This document shows, piece after piece, positions 40,497 through 49,437 of a stretch of 64,000 nt of DNA (the first letter of the stretch is position 1; each line of letters starts with the position of its first letter). Source of the DNA: Desulfatiglandales bacterium (GTDB taxonomy: Bacteria > Desulfobacterota > DSM-4660 > Desulfatiglandales > Desulfatiglandaceae); NCBI GenBank assembly GCA_963662465.1, contig OY759599.1, positions 5,984,001 to 6,048,000 of the forward strand, given 5' to 3'. The position numbers were made by a program, and so were the translations under genes. Below the pieces are notes generated by a model that saw nothing but the letters and a program-made list of their open reading frames with translations, did no database searches and had not been told where the DNA came from.

Positions 40497-42845
40497 TTAT
40501 CGGGTAATATCCTTGTAGATGATGCCCGTTTTCTCTTCATGGACATTAAGGACAGCCGTTGCTTTCGGGTATATTTCATCCATTAGGTCAACTGCTTTTG
40601 ATGCATTTTCGGAGGTAATGGCTTTTAATATATCCTCAATAGCCCTGAAAAATTCCGACGCCTTGGAGGGATCCTTTTCTTCGCAGAGCTCACCCGCCTT
40701 CTGAATATGCATCAAGTTATTGACCATGCCCATCTTGTCAAGTTCCGCATCCAGATCATTAATGGCTTTGAGATTTTCTTCATAGGTTCCCTCCTCGTCC
40801 ATTTTTTCCAAATGCTTGATTTTTTTCCGAATAGCCGCCTGCGTTTCCCGGGGAATGGCGGGGCCGAAATCTTCCAGAGCGCTCTCGGCATAATAGATCA
40901 TCGGCTTGCTGTTACTGTTACTCCCACCGGAAGCCATTCGTCGCGCCTTTTGGATCTTCAGATCCGCACGCTCGTAGCGTTTTTCATCCACCCGGCCCGT
41001 CTCGGGCGCCACCACCCGGTTGATGTCCCTGACAGCGGAAAGGGCACGCTGGAGAAGATCGATCATGGTGTAATGGCCGTATTTCTTGTCGTTGGCTTCC
41101 GAAATAATCTCTTCCAGTGACACCAGGAGCTTTTCATCGGCGCTCCCCCTGGACAAGGTTCTCGACAGCCTGATATGAGGGAGTTCCTTCATGGCCGCCG
41201 TTACTTCGATGAGATTGTTCTCGTCGATTTCCAGCGAGAGTTCAACACGCTTGGGCGCATCCTTTTTTCCCCGATCATCCCCATTGGCGTCGTTTTTGTC
41301 ATCAGCGTCTTCATCCTCATCGATCCCCAACCAGAGATCCCCAATGGATTCTTCCTGATCGTTCACCACATTAAAAAACTTCATGTGAACCAGTTGCTGG
41401 TCGGCGTGTACCAACTTGAAGGTTTCCGTTTTTCGGCAGGGAAGCGGCGTATTTTTCTCCACCAGCAAATGCTTTTCACCGTTCTCCAGGTAGATGTAGT
41501 AATCATGGGCGGCAGAGTGAACAATGTCGAAAACCCCTTCTTCAATGACGTATTTTTCAAGATCAAAGCCGCAGCCGCCGCATATTTTTTCCTGCTGAGG
41601 CACATCCAGGCCGCATTGGGGGCACTCATAGGTTTCCGCAAGACGATGGCTCAGGATGGCCGCCCCTTCGGCAATGGCCAGCATGGGCCGTTCGTGAACC
41701 ATCACCTTCTCATGGCCGAAGACTTCTTTCATGGCCGCGATGACCCTGGGAATCCGCGAACTTCCGCCCACGAGCAAGACCTTGTCAATCAAGTCCGGCG
41801 TAAAGTGGATATCTTCCAGCACCTTTTGCGTAAGTCCCACAACGGTATCCACCATCCCGGCAATCATTTCATTGAACCGGTCCCGGGTAATTTCAACGTC
41901 CGCATCCACCAAATCGCCGTCTTCGTCTTTCAGGACCCCCAGGATCTCGATAAACGCTTCATCATGGTCGCTCAACCGGATCTTCGCTTTCTCGACAGCC
42001 GATTTCAATTCCCCGCGAAACCGGTTCCTGGTCTTGGGTTTCTGACCCTCGATGAAGGCCTTTATATCCGAAATATCATATTCCCGAGCAATTTCCGCCA
42101 GCACATAATCGGCCAGAAGACGGTCCATGTCTTCGCCGCCCAGCCACATGTCGCCTCCTTTGCCCTGCTCAATAAACTGGCCGCCGCTGATGGTCAGGAC
42201 CGAAAGATCAAATGTGCCGCCGCCAAAATCAAACACCAGGACGGTTTTGGCATCATCGCCCTTGACATTGTCCACACCGAAAGAGATGGCTGCGGCAGTG
42301 GGCTCCGGCAACAACCGTCGAACCTTCAAACCGGCCATGGCAGCGGCCATCCGGGTGGCGTGCTTCTGTTTGTCATTGAAATAAGCGGGCACTGTAATGA
42401 CGGCATATGCCACTTCTCCCCCGAAGGATGCTTCCGCATCCAACCGGATCTTTTCCAGGATTTTGGCGGAGATTTCCTCGGGAGAAAATTCCTTTTCCTT
42501 GAGCAGGATGCCCAGTTTATTGTCTGTTCCCCTGGAATGCCGATTTATCCGATAGCTCACGCGTTTTTCTTCTATGATCTTTAGCACCTCCGGATTGAGG
42601 ATGCTTCTCCCCATCAGACGTTTTACGGCCTGGACGGTATTTTCAGGATCCTGCTTCATCCATTCCAATGCATTTTTGCCCACCACAAATTCCGGTTTGG
42701 AAAACGGAAGCTTCTTCTTTTTAAGGGTTACGCAGGACGGGGTAAGATAGTCCCCTTCCGCATTCTTCAGAATTTCCACCTGAACTCTTTTAATGGCGGC
42801 AACGGAATTGGTTGTTCCCAAATCAATGCCTATGGACCTGGACAT
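40497..42845 (-). CDS. Specialised Hsp70-family protein (DnaK paralogue) with a Zn-ribbon insertion
   Basis: GIDLGTTNS, TVPAYF, EPTAAA, DFGGGTFD, LVGGSSRIP; CPQC-x12-CGGC after the NBD. Confidence 0.92.
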   Translation of the reverse strand: MSRSIGIDLGTTNSVAAIKRVQVEILKNAEGDYLTPSCVTLKKKKLPFSKPEFVVGKNALEWMKQDPENTVQAVKRLMGRSILNPEVLKIIEEKRVSYRINRHSRGTDNKLGILLKEKEFSPEEISAKILEKIRLDAEASFGGEVAYAVITVPAYFNDKQKHATRMAAAMAGLKVRRLLPEPTAAAISFGVDNVKGDDAKTVLVFDFGGGTFDLSVLTISGGQFIEQGKGGDMWLGGEDMDRLLADYVLAEIAREYDISDIKAFIEGQKPKTRNRFRGELKSAVEKAKIRLSDHDEAFIEILGVLKDEDGDLVDADVEITRDRFNEMIAGMVDTVVGLTQKVLEDIHFTPDLIDKVLLVGGSSRIPRVIAAMKEVFGHEKVMVHERPMLAIAEGAAILSHRLAETYECPQCGLDVPQQEKICGGCGFDLEKYVIEEGVFDIVHSAAHDYYIYLENGEKHLLVEKNTPLPCRKTETFKLVHADQQLVHMKFFNVVNDQEESIGDLWLGIDEDEDADDKNDANGDDRGKKDAPKRVELSLEIDENNLIEVTAAMKELPHIRLSRTLSRGSADEKLLVSLEEIISEANDKKYGHYTMIDLLQRALSAVRDINRVVAPETGRVDEKRYERADLKIQKARRMASGGSNSNSKPMIYYAESALEDFGPAIPRETQAAIRKKIKHLEKMDEEGTYEENLKAINDLDAELDKMGMVNNLMHIQKAGELCEEKDPSKASEFFRAIEDILKAITSENASKAVDLMDEIYPKATAVLNVHEEKTGIIYKDITR

Positions 42846-43447
42846 AAAGCTTATCCTTTCTCTTGGTTCCGATTTTTATAAGAAGAGGGACTATAAAAAA
42901 AAGGCGAATTGTCGGTCAAGGAATATCTTTTGGCGCTTCGCGGATTAATGTGAAAACTTTCCCGGAGGAGAAAAGTCGTATAGTCCGTAGTCCGTAGTTC
43001 GTAGGTCAGGTTGTCCCGCGTTCACATTTTTACCGCGAAATTTCGATTTTCACTCCAACCTCCATGAACGTTCAAAATCTCACACGTCCACACGCGGGAT
43101 TACCTGACATTGATTCGGCATAAACCGATAATCGCCATTGGCGACGTTAGGGTGGTCGTAAGAATGTCAGGGAACGGCGCGTTGGGGGTTTTTTCGGTCG
43201 TTTGATGAATTTCAACCCATTTGGGATTCAACAGCGTCAGAGGAAAGAACGGGACGCGCCGCACCCTGACCTACCGCGTGGGGAAAATAACCATGGGATC
43301 ATCGGGTCCCGAATACATACGATTTTTTATGACGAATGCACCGAGGTTTTTCTTGGCTTTGAGCGTTTTTCATGGAAATAAAGAGCTATCCCCAAGCATA
43401 AAGTCCCAAGCACGTTTTTCGTTAAAATTGCAAGTAATTGATTTTAC

Positions 43448-43524
<77 letters not shown>

Positions 43525-43735
43525 ATGGTTGTTCGGCTTGTTAGTTGGAAAACTACTCACTTGAACTCATAAAATCAAGCAAATATTTATGTCTTAATTC
43601 CTTGACCCATGAAAAACGTTCTTTTATAATATATGTTTGACTCAGCGAGGGAACCCCCACTGTGGGGGAAATAATTGTGCAACATGCAGTTTTTTTTGGT
43701 TCCCCATTTCATCAAAACATGACAGGAGGCCTCAA

Positions 43736-43924
43736 ATGGACCTTTGGAGGAAAATTGGTATTGCAATCGTCTCAATGATTCCGGCTTTTGTATTGAGTGG
43801 ACTGATCTGGAATATGTCTCATTCCTGGCTGTCAGTGGTTGCCATGATCGTCATTGTAGCCCTGTTCAGTGGTTCGGCCATTGCCGGAAAGTTTTCCTCC
43901 TCAGAACAAAGCGCCCATCATTAA
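43736..43924 (+). CDS. Small two-TM membrane protein (62 aa)
   Basis: AGGAGG RBS then MDLWRKIGIAIVS...; terminator follows. Confidence 0.7.
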   Translation: MDLWRKIGIAIVSMIPAFVLSGLIWNMSHSWLSVVAMIVIVALFSGSAIAGKFSSSEQSAHH

Positions 43925-43942
43925 GGCATTTTTCAAAAGAAT

Positions 43943-43978
43943 CGGGGGATCGGTTTTAGTTACCGATCCCCCTTTTTT
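43943..43978. terminator. Rho-independent terminator
   Basis: GGGGGATCGG / CCGATCCCCC followed by TTTTTT. Confidence 0.8.
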
Positions 43979-44012
43979 GTGCAGTCAATTCCCAACTGAA
44001 ATTTCAGGGATT

Positions 44013-44870
44013 TTATGCGTTCTGCATTTCACAGGCCATAATCGTCTGTTTGCAGAGTACGGATGTCGTTACGGAACCAACACCCGCGGGAACAGGGGAA
44101 ATGCGCGCCACGATGGGTTCCACCGCGGCATAGTCCACATCACCGCAGTATTTGCCGGGGTTATCCGGATCTGCGTTGATTCCCACGTCAATGACAATTT
44201 GTCCTTCCTTAACATAGTCGGCGTTGATCATCTTTGCACGGCCAACGGCTGCAATAAGGATCTCGGCTTCCTTACACACCGCAGGCAGATTTTCCGTCCT
44301 TGAATGGCAAATGGTGACCGTGCCGTGTTCTCGCAGGAGCAGCATGGCAAGCGGCTTACCCACAACCAGAGACCGACCGACCACCACACATTTCTTCCCC
44401 TTGATGGGGATATCATAATGATGGATCATATCCATGCATGCCGTGGGCGTACAGGGGGGGAAGCCCGTAGGATCATCCGTAAATACTTTTGCTGCGCCGC
44501 CCAGGCTCAAACAGTCAACATCTTTTTCCACGGGTATCAGGGTTCTTATTTTCCGTTCATCCAAATGTTTGGGCAGGGGAGAAAACATGAGGATGCCATT
44601 GACGTCCTTTTTAGCGCCGATATCCGTAAGGGCTTTCTCAAATGCTGCCTGATCAATATCTTCCGGAAATTCGAATACTTCACTTTCCATACCCACAGCG
44701 GTACATGTCTTTTTGGCGCCACCCTCGTAGAACAGGTCATCGGGACGGGCGCCGACCCTTACTATTCCGAGCTTGGGAATAATATTGCGACCCTTCAGTG
44801 CCTCAACCTTTTGGATCAGTTCCTCTTTCATCGCATCTGCAACGGGTTTGCCTTTAAGTCTCTCTCCCAT
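44013..44870 (-). CDS. folD: Methylenetetrahydrofolate dehydrogenase/cyclohydrolase
   Basis: [30 protein letters not shown]. Confidence 0.93.
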   Translation of the reverse strand: MGERLKGKPVADAMKEELIQKVEALKGRNIIPKLGIVRVGARPDDLFYEGGAKKTCTAVGMESEVFEFPEDIDQAAFEKALTDIGAKKDVNGILMFSPLPKHLDERKIRTLIPVEKDVDCLSLGGAAKVFTDDPTGFPPCTPTACMDMIHHYDIPIKGKKCVVVGRSLVVGKPLAMLLLREHGTVTICHSRTENLPAVCKEAEILIAAVGRAKMINADYVKEGQIVIDVGINADPDNPGKYCGDVDYAAVEPIVARISPVPAGVGSVTTSVLCKQTIMACEMQNA

Positions 44871-44882
44871 CAGTAAACCTCC

Positions 44883-45515
44883 TTATTTGGTTAATTTGGA
44901 AACCACAAGATCAAGTGCTTCATCGGCGAGTTTTGATCCTTCTTCCAACAATTTGTTCATTTCCGTTCTGGTTTGTTCTATAAAGCCGGTGTCTTTTATG
45001 GCGTTTAAATTAATAATAACATTCAGCCTTCCGGCAATAAGGGCAGCCTTCAAAAAAACAACGCCACAACCCACATCAGATATGGCAATCATGGTGCCAA
45101 TTTGTCCCATCCTATGATGGACCTTGATTCCTTCATACGCCTTACGCATAATCTCCATGGGGACGGAACAGGCGACTTTACAGCAGTTTTCCATGGTTTC
45201 TGCTTTGTATTTCGCCTCTTCAGGTGTTTTTTTGGGCAATCCATAGGCCTTTGATAATGGCTCGAAAACCTCGGCATCTTTGTCCACAAGATTTTCCAAT
45301 TCAGCGATTATCCGGTCGCCTTTGGCGATAAGTTCCTTGACCTCTCCTTCAACATCAGCATATTTCTTTTTGCCTACGGTGAGATTTCCCACCATATTGG
45401 AAAGGGCCATACCAATAGCGCCACCCATGGCAGCTGCGCCACCGCCTCCGGGAACAGCGGCTTTGGATGCCAATACCTCTACAAAATCCTTACAAGATTT
45501 ATCCAACATCGACAT
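44883..45515 (-). CDS. fchA: Cyclodeaminase/methenyl-THF cyclohydrolase (FTCD C-terminal family)
   Basis: LASKAAVPGGG, MVGNLTVGKKKY, SDVGCG, NVIINL. Confidence 0.85.
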   Translation of the reverse strand: MSMLDKSCKDFVEVLASKAAVPGGGGAAAMGGAIGMALSNMVGNLTVGKKKYADVEGEVKELIAKGDRIIAELENLVDKDAEVFEPLSKAYGLPKKTPEEAKYKAETMENCCKVACSVPMEIMRKAYEGIKVHHRMGQIGTMIAISDVGCGVVFLKAALIAGRLNVIINLNAIKDTGFIEQTRTEMNKLLEEGSKLADEALDLVVSKLTK

Positions 45516-45671
45516 GTTCTACTCCTCTCTTTAAGTGATTAGATTGTCCACGGATAAGGACCATGACAATAAATAATTGCGTAAAGATAAGCAAGACGTG
45601 TAATTATTCCTCGCAAAGGTCATTACATAGCGTATATTTATTTGTCAAGAGAAAAGGGGTGGAAAAAAACC

Positions 45672-45989
45672 ATGAAAGCAAATCTGGTTTACATCACTGC
45701 ATCAAGCGAAAATGAGGCATTGGGCATCGGCAAAGCGCTCGTTTCGGAAAGATTGGCGGCATCGGTCAATATCATCAATTCCGTTCGGTCTCTGTACTGG
45801 TGGGAGGGAAAAATTCATGATGAGCAGGAAGTGGTCATTGTTGCCAAAACAAGTGCTGCGCTTGTTGAAAGATTGACTGAAAAGGTGACGGCCATGCACA
45901 GCTATGTTTGCCCCTGTGTTGTCAGCATCCCCATTGAAAAAGGCCATCAGGCCTTTTTGGACTGGATTGACGCGGTTACCCGGGAATAA
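45672..45989 (+). CDS. cutA: Divalent cation tolerance protein CutA
   Basis: LVSERLAASVNI, SLYWWEGKI, HSYVCPC. Confidence 0.93.
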   Translation: MKANLVYITASSENEALGIGKALVSERLAASVNIINSVRSLYWWEGKIHDEQEVVIVAKTSAALVERLTEKVTAMHSYVCPCVVSIPIEKGHQAFLDWIDAVTRE

Positions 45990-46017
45990 TTTTTAAACAG
46001 GCGCTCAGCCCTTGCCC

Positions 46018-46647
46018 TTATTTTCCGGCCCGCCGTTTTTTCCTGATTATCCACGGTAAAAAGAGGATAACCGCAAGAGCGACGAGAATCAGAAATGCGA
46101 TGTTGTATTGAAAGAGGATGTGCCCCATTTTTTCTTTTACTGTTTCCCAGTTGTTTCCCAGTGAATAGCCGATGGCAATCCAGATAAGGTTCCATGCACC
46201 GGCGCTGATTAAGGCGAGAAGGGCAACCCTGAAAATGCCCAGGCGGGAGATGCCTCCCGCCAGTGAGATGATGGAACGAATGCCGGGAAAAAATCGGTTG
46301 AGCAGGATCAGGAAATAACCATATCTCTGGAACCAGTGTTCAGCCTGAAGGATGTTTTGAGCGCTGAAAAGTTTATAATCCCTTTCAATAAAGAATTTCC
46401 TGCCCAAAAGACGGCCAACCCAGAACAACGCCATAAACCCCGCCAGACTGCCCAGGGTGGTGGAGAGGTATACACCCATAAAGTCAAGTCGGCGGGCGCC
46501 CACCAGGAAAGCCCCAAACGCCGTAATGGTATCTCCGGGAATGGGGGGGAAGATATTTTCCACAAAGGCGCTCAACCCCAGTAGAAGATAGAGTAGGGAG
46601 TTTGGCAGCGTATCAAAGAGATCAAAAAAACGATCCAGATAAGACAA
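46018..46647 (-). CDS. DedA family membrane protein
   Basis: ENIFPPIPGD, RFFPGIRS. Confidence 0.9.
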   Translation of the reverse strand: MSYLDRFFDLFDTLPNSLLYLLLGLSAFVENIFPPIPGDTITAFGAFLVGARRLDFMGVYLSTTLGSLAGFMALFWVGRLLGRKFFIERDYKLFSAQNILQAEHWFQRYGYFLILLNRFFPGIRSIISLAGGISRLGIFRVALLALISAGAWNLIWIAIGYSLGNNWETVKEKMGHILFQYNIAFLILVALAVILFLPWIIRKKRRAGK

Positions 46648-46868
46648 GGAGATCCTTACAGATTGGGTTTTCGTAAAAGCCGTATGCTCAGGCAGTGTCT
46701 TTGACGGATTCTATGTTTCCCGGACATGAAATGTCAACAGACTCTTAATGATTCTTTGTGCCTTTGCGTGAAACCTTTTCATTTTCGGTTATTTCAAAAA
46801 ATGATGGTTGACGGATTTTCTTTCATTTGTTATTGCTCTACCGATAATACAAGGAGGATTTTCCAGTT

Positions 46869-47552
46869 ATGGCAAAGAAAAAGTTGACCCGAAAAGAGCT
46901 TTTAAAGGGCGCAGATGAATTCATGACGCTTTCCGGCAAAGTAGCGCTTTATTCAAGCCAACACCTGCGTGAGTTGAAATTGGCGGGGATTGGCCTGGCC
47001 GTTGTCGTGGTGGCCTATATCTCCATCTGGGCATACATGGGACATGCCAACAAAATGGGGCAGGAAGCCTATAACGTGGCCTATGATGCGCTGGTCCAAA
47101 GTCTTAAGCCTGAAAAGGCGGATGAAGAAAGTATGAAAAAATCAGAGGCGCTTTTTGAGGCGGTGATCAGCGATTATGGCACGAGCAAGGCGGCGGATCT
47201 GGCCCTGGCCCAGGTAGGGCATGCAAAGTTCACAGATAAACAGTATGACGACGCCATCGGTTATTACCAGGAGTTTTCGAGTAAAGCGTCGGGGAATGAA
47301 GCCTATGAAACCCTGACCCTCCTGGCTCTGGCTGCATGTCACGAAGCCAAAGGGGATATGGAGAAGGCGGTTTCGATTCTAGCCGGCATTGTAAAAGCCT
47401 CGGACAACCCTTTTCGGGAAAATGCCATGTTAAATTTAGAGCGGGTTTACAGGCTTGACAAACAGCCTGAAAAGGCGGACGAGATTTTGAAAAATTTCGC
47501 CAAGGAATATGCGAATTCGCCTTTTTATCCAATGATCAAAGCGCGCATTTAA
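46869..47552 (+). CDS. YfgM-like membrane-anchored TPR protein
   Basis: RKELLK.DEF, one TM helix, TPRs. Confidence 0.75.
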   Translation: MAKKKLTRKELLKGADEFMTLSGKVALYSSQHLRELKLAGIGLAVVVVAYISIWAYMGHANKMGQEAYNVAYDALVQSLKPEKADEESMKKSEALFEAVISDYGTSKAADLALAQVGHAKFTDKQYDDAIGYYQEFSSKASGNEAYETLTLLALAACHEAKGDMEKAVSILAGIVKASDNPFRENAMLNLERVYRLDKQPEKADEILKNFAKEYANSPFYPMIKARI

Positions 47553-47675
47553 GCTTAGAAATACTGTTTTTTACCGCCTGCCGCATTTTTTTATTTTTTT
47601 CGTTTAATCTTTGCTCCCCTATCGATCCGCTATTTCCATTATGGAGTCGGTTGTGCCGATAAATGCTGTGTGAGT

Positions 47676-47703
47676 CGGGGCGAAAAACCTTTCACCCCGA
47701 CCG
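47676..47703. repeat. REP-like hairpin
   Basis: GTCGGGGCGAAAAACCTTTCACCCCGAC. Confidence 0.5.
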
Positions 47704-47823
47704 CCATACGTTTATCCTTCCAAAATGAGAATTGATGTCTCTCGGTCTTTTTTCTTGACAGCTTCAGGGTTCTTTTTTTATAGTTACGATGTAGCTAAAA
47801 TGTAGCTTTTGAGGAGGCTTGAT

Positions 47824-49395
47824 ATGGTGATCACCGAAATTTTGGCAAGAAACGCCGGCGTGTACGGAGATGAGATTGCCCTTGTTGAGCGGGAGCCCGG
47901 AAAAGGGAGGCGGGCAACCTTGACATGGAAGGAATTTGATGGGATGGCCAACCGGGTCGCCAATGGTTTGATTGCCAAGGGCGTGAAACGAGGCGATAAA
48001 GTTATCCACTTGATGATGAATTGCCTGGAATGGCTCCCCGCCTATTTTGGAATCCTGCGGACCGGCGCATGGGTAGTTCCCCTGAATTTCCGGTTTACCG
48101 CCGAGGACATCGGGTATTGCGCGGATATTGCGGAAGCCAAGGCAATGATTTTTGGTGAGGAGTTTGTTGAGCGTATCGATACTGTCAAGGAAGACCTGAA
48201 AACCATCAATGATTTCATATTTGTGGGACCCGATGAAATAAAGCCTTCCTATGCGGAATCCTTTGCTGCTTTTCTTAAAACGGGTTCTTCTGATGATCCC
48301 GGCAAGGAAATCAACCTTCTGGATGAAGCAGCCCTTTATTTTACTTCCGGCACCACGGGAACCCCAAAGCCGATCCTTTTGACCCATCGGAACCTGGAAT
48401 CGGCTTGCATCACCGAAAACCGCCACCACAATCAAACCCATGAGGATACGTTTCTCTGCATTCCTCCCCTGTATCATACCGGCGCCAAAATGCATTGGTT
48501 TGGGAGCTTTATCGTGGGGGGGAAAGGCGTCATTTTAAAAGGGATCAAACCGGAGTGGATACTGGAAGCCGTAAGCGAGGAAAAGGCCACCATTGTGTGG
48601 CTGTTGGTGCCTTGGGCCCAGGACATCCTCATTGCCATTGAGAACGGCGACATCAATTTGAATGATTATAAATTGGAACAATGGCGCTTGATGCACATCG
48701 GCGCTCAGCCGGTTCCACCAAGTCTGATTAAAAACTGGAAAAAGGTTTTCCCGGCCCATGGCTACGATACCAATTATGGGTTGAGCGAAACCACTGGCCC
48801 TGGTTGCGTCCATTTGGGAATGGAAAATCTTCACAAGGTGGGGGCCATTGGGGTCCCCGGCTTTGATTGGGCCTGCAAAATCGTTGATTTTAACCTGAAG
48901 GAAGTGCCAAAGGGGAATCCCGGTGAACTCATGGTCAAGGGACCCGGCGTTATGAAAGAATACTATAAAAACCCCGAGGCCACGGAAAGCACCCTTATTG
49001 ATGGATGGTTGCTTACCGGCGATATGGCCCGTTTTGACGAAGACGGGTTTATCTGGCTTGTGGATCGTAAAAAAGATGTGATTATCACCGGCGGCGAAAA
49101 CATTTTTCCAGTGGAGATTGAAGCATACCTCATGGAAAATCGAAACTTGCAGGACGCCGCAGTCATCGGCATTGCCGACGAACGTTTGGGAGAGATCGCG
49201 GCGGCTGTGCTCAAACTCAAACCGGGTGCGTCTTTGAGTGAAGAAGATGCTTTCCGTTTTTGTGAAGGACTGCCGCGGTACAAGCGGCCCCGAAGGATCT
49301 TTTTTGATGATGTTCCCAGAAACCCCACAGGGAAGATTGAAAAACCCAAACTTAGAAAGAAATATGCAGGCATGGCTGAAAGTTTTAAGTTGTAA
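47824..49395 (+). CDS. Acyl-CoA synthetase (class I adenylate-forming enzyme)
   Basis: YFTSGTTGTPK, YGLSET, TGD, DRKKD, PRNPTGK. Confidence 0.93.
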   Translation: MVITEILARNAGVYGDEIALVEREPGKGRRATLTWKEFDGMANRVANGLIAKGVKRGDKVIHLMMNCLEWLPAYFGILRTGAWVVPLNFRFTAEDIGYCADIAEAKAMIFGEEFVERIDTVKEDLKTINDFIFVGPDEIKPSYAESFAAFLKTGSSDDPGKEINLLDEAALYFTSGTTGTPKPILLTHRNLESACITENRHHNQTHEDTFLCIPPLYHTGAKMHWFGSFIVGGKGVILKGIKPEWILEAVSEEKATIVWLLVPWAQDILIAIENGDINLNDYKLEQWRLMHIGAQPVPPSLIKNWKKVFPAHGYDTNYGLSETTGPGCVHLGMENLHKVGAIGVPGFDWACKIVDFNLKEVPKGNPGELMVKGPGVMKEYYKNPEATESTLIDGWLLTGDMARFDEDGFIWLVDRKKDVIITGGENIFPVEIEAYLMENRNLQDAAVIGIADERLGEIAAAVLKLKPGASLSEEDAFRFCEGLPRYKRPRRIFFDDVPRNPTGKIEKPKLRKKYAGMAESFKL

Positions 49396-49437
49396 CGTTT
49401 CACTTAAACGCAAATCAGAAACCATTTGGAGGAAAAT

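Noticed and set aside
41175..42584. 469-aa plus-strand ORF
   Set aside because: Antisense shadow of the Hsp70 gene; long antisense frames are a known artefact of dnaK-family genes.
43080..43270. Possible RAYT/IS200-like transposase remnant (minus strand ...HPNVANGDYRFMPNQCQVI...)
   Set aside because: Only a weak MPN resemblance with the catalytic HxH missing; cannot be supported without blastx.
36620..43447. Intact integrative element around the Hsp70 operon
   Set aside because: No integrase and no same-orientation duplicate of the tRNA 3' end was found at the far side; kept only as an att-like scar.
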